Origin: a virus
Taxonomy: Duplodnaviria > Caudoviricetes
Length of the DNA: 64,000 bases
Strand: one strand, 5' to 3'
IMG/VR virus record: IMGVR_UViG_3300028588_000021
Span: 3,917 to 67,916 of that record
Part shown: in pieces, positions 1-6,307 of the stretch
How positions within the stretch are numbered: position 1 is the stretch's first letter
How the letters are laid out: each line of letters starts with the position of its first letter
Notes under the pieces: model-generated
The model's input: the letters and a program-made list of their open reading frames with translations, nothing else
Told to the model about the DNA's origin: nothing
Database searches by the model: none
Position numbers and translations under genes: made by a program

Positions 1-117
1 GGCGGAAATCGAGATGGTAGCCAAAAAGATCGAGGATGCGTTTGCGCGGGCGTTCCCCGTGGTGTACGCTACCTTTAACGACAACGGGCGAGTAGCCCCT
101 TAGAAGAATGGAAGAAA

Positions 118-330
118 ATGATTGCACTAGCACTATTTAGTTCGGTCCTGCTGTTGGCTGGCTACACGCTAGCTGGGATCATGTGGGTTGGGGCGTTCAA
201 GGCTCTTACGCAGCGGAAGTTCTGGGAGTCAATTTACCTGCCTGCCATTGCATGGCTGTGGACGGGCGGGGTGATCCTTGCAACCTGGGGAACCTGGGCT
301 GTGTGGGTGGCTGCGACGGTGGGCCTGTGA
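118..330 (+). CDS. hypothetical membrane protein
   Basis: 70-aa ORF with two hydrophobic stretches; purine-rich RBS upstream. Confidence 0.6.
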   Translation: MIALALFSSVLLLAGYTLAGIMWVGAFKALTQRKFWESIYLPAIAWLWTGGVILATWGTWAVWVAATVGL

Positions 331-473
331 AGATTGAAGATGACGGCGTTACTGCCGAGTATATTTTTGGGCACTACCCTGATGGAGTCGAGTGTGTGCG
401 CTTTACTAAAGATGATGCAGTGGTAGATGTGCCGTTGCATGTTCTTCAGCTTGCTTGGCACGCCTGGGTTTGA
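327..473 (+). CDS. hypothetical protein
   Basis: GTG start overlapping the previous TGA (GTGA coupling); C-terminal part of track ORF 183..473. Confidence 0.5.
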   Translation: MKIEDDGVTAEYIFGHYPDGVECVRFTKDDAVVDVPLHVLQLAWHAWV

Positions 474-480
474 CAACAGC

Positions 481-816
481 ATGACTAATCTAGATGACCT
501 AGTGCACCCTGTAGATAGGTTTCTGTCTCGGACAAAGGTAGACCATAATGGTTGCTGGGTGTGGCAAGGCGCAAATAGTCGTGGATACGGCATTTTTCAG
601 CTTGCCACAGCCACTCCAGTACAAGCGCATAGGTATGCTTACAAATATTGGCGGGGTGAAATACCTGATGGTTTGCAGGTTGACCACCTATGCCGTAACG
701 TGAGCTGTGTTAATCCGGGTCATCTAGAAGCAGTAACTCAGCTAGAAAACATGAAACGGTCACTGCCCTACCGTGCAGAAAAGCGCAGACTTGACAAAAG
801 TGGGGCACCCGTATAG
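481..816 (+). CDS. HNH endonuclease
   Basis: GCWxWxG, AHRYAY and [16 protein letters not shown] motifs of phage HNH nucleases. Confidence 0.9.
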   Translation: MTNLDDLVHPVDRFLSRTKVDHNGCWVWQGANSRGYGIFQLATATPVQAHRYAYKYWRGEIPDGLQVDHLCRNVSCVNPGHLEAVTQLENMKRSLPYRAEKRRLDKSGAPV

Positions 817-848
817 GCTGGTGCCACAACGACATGGAGGAGGATAAC

Positions 849-1079
849 ATGGGTAAGACGAAAGACAAAGCACAGGAGCTGCTGGATCGAACCAACGCTA
901 TTCTGGATGAGCACTATGAGGGAAAGTCCCGAGTGCACAATGATGCGCTGAGGGGCCTACTGGGTGCAGTTGTGGTGCTGGAAGACCTGCTGGACCAGGA
1001 CGAAACAGGGCTGACGTACACCAAGGTGCTGGAGCTGTGGGAGAAAGAACTGACGATCAAGGAGGTCAACGGACTGTGA
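849..1079 (+). CDS. hypothetical protein
   Basis: GGAGGA RBS, ATG, coupled to the next gene. Confidence 0.65.
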   Translation: MGKTKDKAQELLDRTNAILDEHYEGKSRVHNDALRGLLGAVVVLEDLLDQDETGLTYTKVLELWEKELTIKEVNGL

Positions 1080-1483
1080 GTAAGTTTATTGTTGTGAGTA
1101 ATGGGTTCGATTGGTCGCTGGCAAAGGTTGACGAGGGCGATGACGTTGCTTACGAGGTCATCAACTTGTCGAGTGAACAGGAGCTGAAGAGCATTGCCCG
1201 AGCACTGAACGTGCGAGACGAGGCTGCTGTTGTCAATGTACCGGCTCTGACCGCCACTGAGGAGCGCATCCAGGCCCTTGCCGATGCTGGACTTGATGCT
1301 GAAAGGGTTAGCGAGGAGGTTGAGGCATACAGTCAGTACAAAAACAGCGTAGGCGACTACCACTTCGACTACTACGAAGTTCTCGATAGTGGCTACACCA
1401 TCAACGTGTGTGAGTCATTGAACAGTGTAGATCGCTACCTGGATCTTATCGAAGAGCAGGCTAAAGAAGCGGGTGTGCTGTGA
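1076..1483 (+). CDS. hypothetical protein
   Basis: GTGA start/stop overlap; acidic ORF. Confidence 0.65.
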   Translation: MSKFIVVSNGFDWSLAKVDEGDDVAYEVINLSSEQELKSIARALNVRDEAAVVNVPALTATEERIQALADAGLDAERVSEEVEAYSQYKNSVGDYHFDYYEVLDSGYTINVCESLNSVDRYLDLIEEQAKEAGVL

Positions 1484-1668
1484 GTGAGCTTCAGAACGCC
1501 GAATTTAGCTTCGATCCGCAGTATCCGTTCGCTTTCTTGAGCGTTCGGGAGGATGAGTACGGCGAGCAGTACATTGACGTCGAAACTAACGCCAATTCGA
1601 CCGAAGAATTGGCCCAGGTGCTGCTTCAGGGCCTTGTTTCGACCCAAAAGCTGCTCGAAGAAGACTAA
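1480..1668 (+). CDS. hypothetical protein
   Basis: GTGA overlap with previous stop. Confidence 0.6.
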   Translation: MSELQNAEFSFDPQYPFAFLSVREDEYGEQYIDVETNANSTEELAQVLLQGLVSTQKLLEED

Positions 1669-1690
1669 AACCACCCAAAAGCACCAAAAT

Positions 1691-1718
1691 GGGGCCGTTT
1701 GCACGTAAAAACGGCCCC
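1691..1718 (+). terminator. 10-bp hairpin, possible terminator or processing site
   Basis: GGGGCCGTTT / AAACGGCCCC in an intergenic gap; no U-tract. Confidence 0.4.
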
Positions 1719-1742
1719 TCATAGACATTAGGAGGCAAAATC

Positions 1743-1991
1743 ATGTCACAGCTCGATGAAAAGACCCAAATGGCCGCACTGGACCACGCACACGCCACGG
1801 ACCTCGAAGTAGCTCTGCTTTTGGCAACAGATGGTGATGTTACCCCGTATGGCAATTATTGGGAGAACCGAACCGCTATTTTCGACGGTGACGAGATGAT
1901 TTTTGTCTACAAGCACGATAATGACTCCGACATTGCTGATGAGACGTTCACAGTGGAAATTCGGGTCTACAAGGGAGAGTTTGACAAGTGA
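1743..1991 (+). CDS. hypothetical protein
   Basis: AGGAGG RBS, ATG. Confidence 0.7.
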   Translation: MSQLDEKTQMAALDHAHATDLEVALLLATDGDVTPYGNYWENRTAIFDGDEMIFVYKHDNDSDIADETFTVEIRVYKGEFDK

Positions 1992-2185
1992 GCGAGATTC
2001 ACGCCAAGGATGGTAGTGTTGTGACCGTGGGAGATAACTACGAGGGCATCCCTACTACAGGTGACGACGTAGTGTATGTTGAGATTCTTGACTGGAATGA
2101 CACTGCTGTGGTTGGCCTAACAACAGATGAGGCCATTGATTTGATGGCACAGCTCGCTGAGGTCGTCAACAAATACATCAAGTAA
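1988..2185 (+). CDS. hypothetical protein
   Basis: GTGA overlap with previous stop. Confidence 0.6.
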   Translation: MSEIHAKDGSVVTVGDNYEGIPTTGDDVVYVEILDWNDTAVVGLTTDEAIDLMAQLAEVVNKYIK

Positions 2186-2202
2186 GCAGCAAGGAGGCGT
2201 CA

Positions 2203-2439
2203 TTGAAGCTAGAAATTGAAGACCTGACCAAGGAATTTAAGGGCCGGGCACCCAGTATCACTATTACGCTGGAGAAGAACGGCACAGAAACAGAAGATGC
2301 TGAGGTGGAGCTTGTTATCGAAGGCTTTGATAAGGTTGAGAGCTACATCATTCTCTCCGAGATTATCGACTCGGTGTACGATGGGCTTACTGTGCGACAG
2401 CTAGAGGAGGTGGAGGCTTATTTTGAAGATGAAGAGTGA
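2203..2439 (+). CDS. hypothetical protein
   Basis: AAGGAGG RBS, TTG start, acidic ORF. Confidence 0.65.
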   Translation: MKLEIEDLTKEFKGRAPSITITLEKNGTETEDAEVELVIEGFDKVESYIILSEIIDSVYDGLTVRQLEEVEAYFEDEE

Positions 2440-2668
2440 GCTAAGCGCTCTTTGGTGGGGTAACTCAGCAGTGATTGTCGGTGCGTTTGGTGCTATGTGG
2501 ACACTGGTCATTGGACTTTGGGGCCTTACCTTGATTGGTATTGCGCTTTTTGTGGTGGGTGTAGTAGTGTTGGTCAAGGCGTTCAAGCACTATCAGCTTG
2601 GGAATAAGACGCTCATGGAGTGGGGAACGGAGGCCATATATGGCGAACAGCACAACGACCGTAGCTAG
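2423..2668 (+). CDS. hypothetical membrane protein
   Basis: two predicted TM helices; start uncertain. Confidence 0.55.
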   Translation: MKMKSELSALWWGNSAVIVGAFGAMWTLVIGLWGLTLIGIALFVVGVVVLVKAFKHYQLGNKTLMEWGTEAIYGEQHNDRS

Positions 2669-2855
2669 TGGAGGCGGTGTGAGCATCATCGGCCTTTTGG
2701 GGCTGTTGTTTATTGGTCTTAAGCTAGCCAACGTTATTGCATGGAGCTGGGTGTGGGTTTTGGCACCTTTCTGGATTCCGTTTGCTCTGGCGATTGTCTT
2801 CCTCATCGTTGGATTCGCCGCTGTGCTTATCGGCCATGCCCTAAGTAGGCGGTAG
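2640..2855 (+). CDS. small membrane protein
   Basis: GLLGLLFIGLKL...WSWVWVLAPFWIP pattern common in small phage membrane proteins. Confidence 0.7.
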   Translation: MANSTTTVASGGGVSIIGLLGLLFIGLKLANVIAWSWVWVLAPFWIPFALAIVFLIVGFAAVLIGHALSRR

Positions 2856-2856
2856 A

Positions 2857-3123
2857 GTGGGTAACCGAGTGCAGGCAGGTTTCCAGCCCGAGGGGCAGAA
2901 TGTAGAAGAAGAAGAAGAGTCAAGCAACGTAGACCACCCCAAGCACTACAACGTGGGCCAGATCGAGGTCATTGACGTGATAGAGGACTGGAATCTTGAC
3001 TTTCACCTAGGCAATGCTGTAAAGTACATTGCAAGGGCAGAGCACAAGAACAACGCTCTCGAAGACATCTCCAAAGCTCAGTGGTATTTGGACCGAGCAA
3101 GAGAACTTCGAAGAAGGACTTGA
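2857..3123 (+). CDS. DUF3310-like (SaV-like) protein
   Basis: VDHPKHY, FHLGNAVKYIARA and DxxKAQWYL motifs. Confidence 0.85.
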   Translation: MGNRVQAGFQPEGQNVEEEEESSNVDHPKHYNVGQIEVIDVIEDWNLDFHLGNAVKYIARAEHKNNALEDISKAQWYLDRARELRRRT

Positions 3124-3149
3124 CAAACGGGCAGGACATCTACTAAGAT
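3120..3149 (+). promoter_or_regulatory. sigma70/SigA-type promoter for the tRNA cluster
   Basis: TTGACA-18 nt-TAAGAT directly upstream of the first tRNA. Confidence 0.75.
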
Positions 3150-3178
3150 AGATGGCAGAGGGTGAAAGCCCCTCGTAT

Positions 3179-3250
3179 TCCTTGGTAGCTCAACGGTAGA
3201 GCAGCACCCTGTTAAGGTGTCGGTTGTTGGTTCGAATCCAGCCCTTGGAG
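3179..3250 (+). tRNA. tRNA-Asn(GTT)
   Basis: cloverleaf; loop CT-GTT-AA; T-loop TTCGAAT; G73; two U-U mismatches in the acceptor stem. Confidence 0.9.
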
Positions 3251-3281
3251 CGAGTGCAGCTCAATAGCTTGCACTAAGTGA

Positions 3282-3345
3282 TCCACATATGCTAGAGTAT
3301 TTCACACCTACAAAGTGTGTACGGCTGGTACGAAGGTAATGTGGG
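3282..3345 (+). pseudogene. degenerate tRNA-like element (anticodon-like ACA)
   Basis: 7-bp end stem TCCACAT/ATGTGGG and CACAC-CTACAAA-GTGTG stem-loop; no proper D or T stem. Confidence 0.3.
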
Positions 3346-3354
3346 TTGCAACAT

Positions 3355-3425
3355 GCGTCCCAAGCATTAAAGTGATGTAGAGGCTTCCAAACCCTCTGAA
3401 CGGCGGGCAGTACGTCGGGGATGCG
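3355..3425 (+). tRNA. tRNA-Trp(CCA), atypical T-loop
   Basis: acceptor GCGTCCC/GGGATGC; loop TT-CCA-AA with C31:C39 mismatch; T-loop GGCAGTA; G73. Confidence 0.75.
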
Positions 3426-3697
3426 CAATGTCGGGCTTAGCGGCCAGACAGAGGAAGTGGCGGAATGAAGCCCCTAGGGATAGGGGGCGAGAATCGCACA
3501 TGGCGGTAGATCAATGCAAGGCTGCACCTAGGGCCAACTGGCTAAAGTGTGGTGGAGGCGATAGACTTAGCGGTCTTGAACGATCTATCCTTAGCGGGTA
3601 ACGTTGTGGTTCTGAGAGCTTATCATGCTGAATGATCCCCTCTCGGTTGTGGGTAGTGGCCCACCTTCCACCGCCCTGGCGGTCAAACCAGGGATAC
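3426..3697 (+). ncRNA. candidate structured non-coding RNA in a tRNA spacer
   Basis: ~270 nt with nested helices (3551-3558/3664-3672, 3560-3565/3584-3589, 3614-3618/3640-3644, 3674-3679/3688-3693) and no credible ORF. Confidence 0.35.
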
Positions 3698-3771
3698 GGG
3701 AATGTAGCTCCAATTGGTAGAGCAACTGCTTTGCAAGCAGAGGGCTGTCGGTTCGAATCCGACCTTTTCCA
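3698..3771 (+). tRNA. tRNA-Ala(TGC)
   Basis: cloverleaf; loop TT-TGC-AA; G3.U70 pair; A73. Confidence 0.92.
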
Positions 3772-3812
3772 CTGCGGGTCCGTTTTTCTAGAGCGTGAGC
3801 GGACCTCGCTGA

Positions 3813-3888
3813 TGCTCGGTAGGCCAACGGTAAGCCGGGGCGCTCATAACGCCTGCATTTGAGGGTTCGACTCCCTCCTGAGCAACCA
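3813..3888 (+). tRNA. tRNA(CAT), elongator Met or Ile2
   Basis: cloverleaf; CT-CAT-AA; encoded CCA; lacks the initiator three-G-C anticodon stem. Confidence 0.85.
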
Positions 3889-3943
3889 CGCCAGACACAC
3901 ATTAGTAGAGCTGGTCGTTTGATGGTATCGTATAACCATTCAT

Positions 3944-4014
3944 CAGTCCGTGGGCCAATGGTAGGTCATTTGCTTTGGAAGCTCAGGGCGGAGGTTCGAT
4001 TCCTCCCGGATTGA
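3944..4014 (+). tRNA. tRNA-Pro(TGG)
   Basis: C1-G72, A73; loop TT-TGG-AA; weak anticodon stem. Confidence 0.8.
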
Positions 4015-4015
4015 C

Positions 4016-4090
4016 GGTAGTGTTAGTGTAATGGCAGCACCACAGCTTGTGAAGCTGTTAGCGCGGGATCGATACCCGTACACCACCCCA
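4016..4090 (+). tRNA. tRNA-His(GTG)
   Basis: G-1:C73; TT-GTG-AA; T-loop ATCGATA; encoded CCA. Confidence 0.88.
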
Positions 4091-4091
4091 A

Positions 4092-4163
4092 GTGTGTATC
4101 GTATAGTGGAAATTACGCTGGCCTGTCGAGCCGGATACAGGGGTTCAATTCCCCTTACACGCG
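4092..4163 (+). tRNA. tRNA-Asp(GTC)
   Basis: cloverleaf; CT-GTC-GA; G73. Confidence 0.9.
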
Positions 4164-4166
4164 CTA

Positions 4167-4199
4167 GAGTGATGACGGCCTTCGGGTTGTAAAGCTCTT
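4167..4199 (+). other. 16S rRNA helix-16-like hairpin in a tRNA spacer
   Basis: GAGTGATGACGGCCTTCGGGTTGTAAAGCTCTT matches the bacterial 16S h16 segment as recalled from memory. Confidence 0.65.
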
Positions 4200-4201
4200 A
4201 T

Positions 4202-4272
4202 GCTCGATTGATGTAATGGTAGCATCGCAGATTCTCAGTCTGTGCGCAGGGGATCGAAACCCCTATCGAGTA
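4202..4272 (+). tRNA. tRNA-Glu(CTC)
   Basis: cloverleaf; TT-CTC-AG; T-loop ATCGAAA. Confidence 0.85.
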
Positions 4273-4328
4273 CGTTCCGTCTAAAGAACATCCACCGTGA
4301 GGTGGGAGCCTTGTTTAGGCAAGGCTAT

Positions 4329-4399
4329 GGCTCTATCGTCTATAGGTAGGACAGCGGTTTTTCAGGCCGCGAGACAGAGTTCGAGTCTCTGTAGAGCTA
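4329..4399 (+). tRNA. tRNA-Glu(TTC)
   Basis: cloverleaf; TT-TTC-AG; T-loop TTCGAGT. Confidence 0.9.
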
Positions 4400-4532
4400 C
4401 GCAACAGAAGAGCGCGCGTCGGCTACGACCATGACGCACACAGGAGTAGCGAACCCACTCGCTAGTGATTACGCTCTAGTAGCGTAATCGATGCCACCCC
4501 TAGTCAAACGAGCTAGGTCTAGGGTTGGCTAT

Positions 4533-4611
4533 GCGTCGGAAGTACCTGGTGGTACAAGCGGGCTGTAAACTCGTTGTTTCGACATGGGAGGTTCGATCCC
4601 TTCCCGGCGCA
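4533..4611 (+). tRNA. tRNA-Tyr(GTA)
   Basis: CT-GTA-AA; variable hairpin TGT-TTCG-ACA; A73. Confidence 0.88.
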
Positions 4612-4686
4612 CTGTCCTTAGGATGGACTAAGCACAAGCTCAAATGTGGTAGCGCCTTTAGCCTCTACTCAAGCCTCTGTGCGTTT

Positions 4687-4757
4687 GCCTTCTTAGCTTA
4701 AAAGTAAAGTCCCGGCTTGAAACCCCGGGGAACGTGGGGCGGTACCACGAGTAGGCA
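4687..4757 (+). tRNA. tRNA-Phe(GAA), atypical T-loop
   Basis: acceptor GCCTTCT/AGTAGGC; TT-GAA-AC; C31:C39 mismatch; T-loop GGCGGTA. Confidence 0.75.
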
Positions 4758-4804
4758 CGGCAGGGGTTGCGACCTGGCTCCGTATGGAGAACAAAACGCA
4801 ATAT

Positions 4805-4878
4805 GGCTCTCTAGGCAACTGGCAGACCACTTTGGCTTAGAACCAGAGATGCTGTGGGTTCGAATCCCACGGGGGCTA
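4805..4878 (+). tRNA. tRNA-Leu(TAG), short variable region
   Basis: CT-TAG-AA; A73; only ~6 nt of variable region. Confidence 0.85.
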
Positions 4879-4884
4879 CGCAAT

Positions 4885-4914
4885 TTGACAGACAACAACC
4901 GAGTAAGGTACACT
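4885..4914 (+). promoter_or_regulatory. internal promoter of the tRNA cluster (leaderless geometry)
   Basis: TTGACA-18 nt-TACACT, with ATG 6 nt downstream at 4921. Confidence 0.8.
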
Positions 4915-4920
4915 GGACAC

Positions 4921-4989
4921 ATGAGCACGATTAGCACAGTCAAGCAGACGGGGACCCAGCAGGGTCGCTCGTCCCGTTGGCGGCGCTAG
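4921..4989 (+). CDS. putative leader peptide MSTISTVKQTGTQQGRSSRWRR
   Basis: ATG at the predicted +1; followed by competing hairpins; composition matches the downstream tRNAs. Confidence 0.55.
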   Translation: MSTISTVKQTGTQQGRSSRWRR

Positions 4990-5010
4990 TTTAGTCTCAC
5001 AGTACTAACT

Positions 5011-5051
5011 ACGCCTCCTCGGTTCAAACAACCAAGGGGGCGTTTCTCTTT
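5011..5051 (+). terminator. intrinsic terminator (candidate attenuator) before tRNA-Ser
   Basis: 13-bp stem ACGCCTCCT-C-GGTT/AACC-A-AGGGGGCGT followed by TTCTCTTT. Confidence 0.75.
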
Positions 5052-5134
5052 GGCTATTGAACCCACGTGGCGTGGGGACGGTCTTGAAAACCGCACGGTC
5101 CGCAAGGGCAGGGGTTCGATCCCTCCGGTAGCCG
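5052..5134 (+). tRNA. tRNA-Ser(TGA)
   Basis: CT-TGA-AA; long variable arm with GCAA loop; G73. Confidence 0.88.
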
Positions 5135-5178
5135 CAGTAATTCACTTTTACAGTGAATTAGCTCGAACAAGTTAATAT

Positions 5179-5262
5179 GGATAATGAACTGCTAGGGTTA
5201 GCAGGGCGGCTTGCTAAGCCGTACGGTCCTCCGGGGCTGGGAATCGTGCTCTCCGTTATCCG
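5179..5262 (+). tRNA. tRNA-Ser(GCT)
   Basis: TT-GCT-AA; long variable arm; T-loop ATCGTGC; G73. Confidence 0.82.
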
Positions 5263-5263
5263 C

Positions 5264-5334
5264 TAGTCACAAGCATTAAGGTGATGCACCTGGCTCTTAC
5301 CCAGGGGAAGAGGGATCAGTACCCTCGTGACTTA
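5264..5334 (+). tRNA. tRNA-Lys(CTT), atypical T-loop
   Basis: CT-CTT-AC; T-loop ATCAGTA; U1:U72 mismatch. Confidence 0.8.
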
Positions 5335-5335
5335 C

Positions 5336-5408
5336 GCGATACGAACCAACATGGCTAAGGTACCTGGCTTCCACCCAGGGTAACGGAGTTCGATTCTCCG
5401 GTGTCGCT
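5336..5408 (+). tRNA. tRNA-Gly(TCC)
   Basis: cloverleaf; CT-TCC-AC; U73. Confidence 0.9.
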
Positions 5409-5424
5409 CGCAACAACTAAATAT

Positions 5425-5497
5425 GCCAGTGTAGCTCCAACGGTAGAGCAACCGCCTTGTAAGCGGACGGCTGCGGGTTCGATTCCTGTCACTGGCC
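5425..5497 (+). tRNA. tRNA-Thr(TGT)
   Basis: canonical cloverleaf; CT-TGT-AA. Confidence 0.92.
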
Positions 5498-5499
5498 CC

Positions 5500-5567
5500 G
5501 GTCCTCGCTCTGGGAGCAAGCATCCTTTACACGGAAGCTCCGTACAGTTCGATCCTGTAGGGGACTA
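5500..5567 (+). tRNA. tRNA-Val(TAC), reduced D-arm
   Basis: TT-TAC-AC; D-arm GCTC-TGG-GAGC joined directly to the acceptor stem; A73. Confidence 0.7.
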
Positions 5568-5580
5568 CGCAATAACATAC

Positions 5581-5656
5581 GCGCATGTATGCCGCCTGCC
5601 TACGAAGCAGGAGAAAGCTAACTGGACACATGGAGGTTCGACTCCTCTCATGCGCA
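5581..5656 (+). tRNA. tRNA-Arg(ACG), D-armless with a 20-nt variable region
   Basis: perfect acceptor GCGCATG/CATGCGC, anticodon arm CCTGC-CTACGAA-GCAGG and T-arm; only 7 nt in place of the D-arm. Confidence 0.65.
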
Positions 5657-5657
5657 C

Positions 5658-5732
5658 TTCCCACTGGTGTAATTGGCAACATACCTGGCTCTGAACCAGG
5701 AGTACGAGGATCGTAACCTTGGCGGGAAACCA
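5658..5732 (+). tRNA. tRNA-Gln(CTG)
   Basis: CT-CTG-AA; T-loop ATCGTAA; encoded CCA. Confidence 0.85.
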
Positions 5733-5758
5733 TCAACCAATATGAAGGAGGCAACATA

Positions 5759-6064
5759 ATGGGATACTACGACAACCCTGTAGCGACACCTGAGAAATAC
5801 GGCTTTGAGTTTGTGGGTGAGGTAGAGAAGAGCGGTTACTCATACGAGTTCGACCTCCTTGCTGTGCTCAAGAACGACCAGGGCTACTATCTGACAACCG
5901 ATTCTGGTTGCTCTTGCCCTACACCCTGGGAGTCTCACACTGAGGGCGACCTCACAGGCCCTCTGACACCAGAGCAGGCTCGTGAAGAAGCTACCAGCCT
6001 TTGGGAGCTGAGCAACAAGTACGACGCACACGAGTTTGTAGCGCTACTCGACAGCATCGTGTAA
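5759..6064 (+). CDS. hypothetical protein inside the tRNA cluster
   Basis: GGAGG RBS; 101 aa; DSGCSCP motif. Confidence 0.8.
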   Translation: MGYYDNPVATPEKYGFEFVGEVEKSGYSYEFDLLAVLKNDQGYYLTTDSGCSCPTPWESHTEGDLTGPLTPEQAREEATSLWELSNKYDAHEFVALLDSIV

Positions 6065-6070
6065 GTCTTT

Positions 6071-6146
6071 ACGCGGGTGTCCACTGGCGGTAGCAGCTCC
6101 GGCTTTGAACCGGCAGTCATTGCAGGTTCGATTCCTGCCCCGTGTG
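6071..6146 (+). tRNA. tRNA-Gln(TTG)
   Basis: CT-TTG-AA; T-loop TTCGATT; G73. Confidence 0.8.
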
Positions 6147-6150
6147 CTAT

Positions 6151-6222
6151 CCCTCGTTAGTGTAACGGTACCACTCTGGACTTTTACTCCATGGAATCTG
6201 AGTTCGAATCTCAGGCGAGGGA
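6151..6222 (+). tRNA. tRNA-Lys(TTT)
   Basis: CT-TTT-AC; canonical T-arm; A73. Confidence 0.88.
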
Positions 6223-6233
6223 CAATTAAACAT

Positions 6234-6305
6234 TGTGCGTTGGCTGAACGGTAAGGTCTGGGCCTGCAAAGCCTAAGCTCGTCGGTTCGACTCCGACACG
6301 CACGT
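6234..6305 (+). tRNA. tRNA-Cys(GCA)
   Basis: CT-GCA-AA; U73. Confidence 0.9.
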
Positions 6306-6307
6306 CC

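Noticed and set aside
3157-3177. GAGGGTGAAAGCCCC hairpin resembling a 23S rRNA helix, and weaker rRNA-like words in other spacers
   Set aside because: Matches are too short and interrupted to separate from generic stable hairpins without a database search.
3355-3425. Reading this tRNA as Gly(TCC)
   Set aside because: Arm spacing shared with the Phe and Lys(CTT) genes centres CCA in the loop, G73 fits Trp, and a clear Gly(TCC) exists at 5336-5408.
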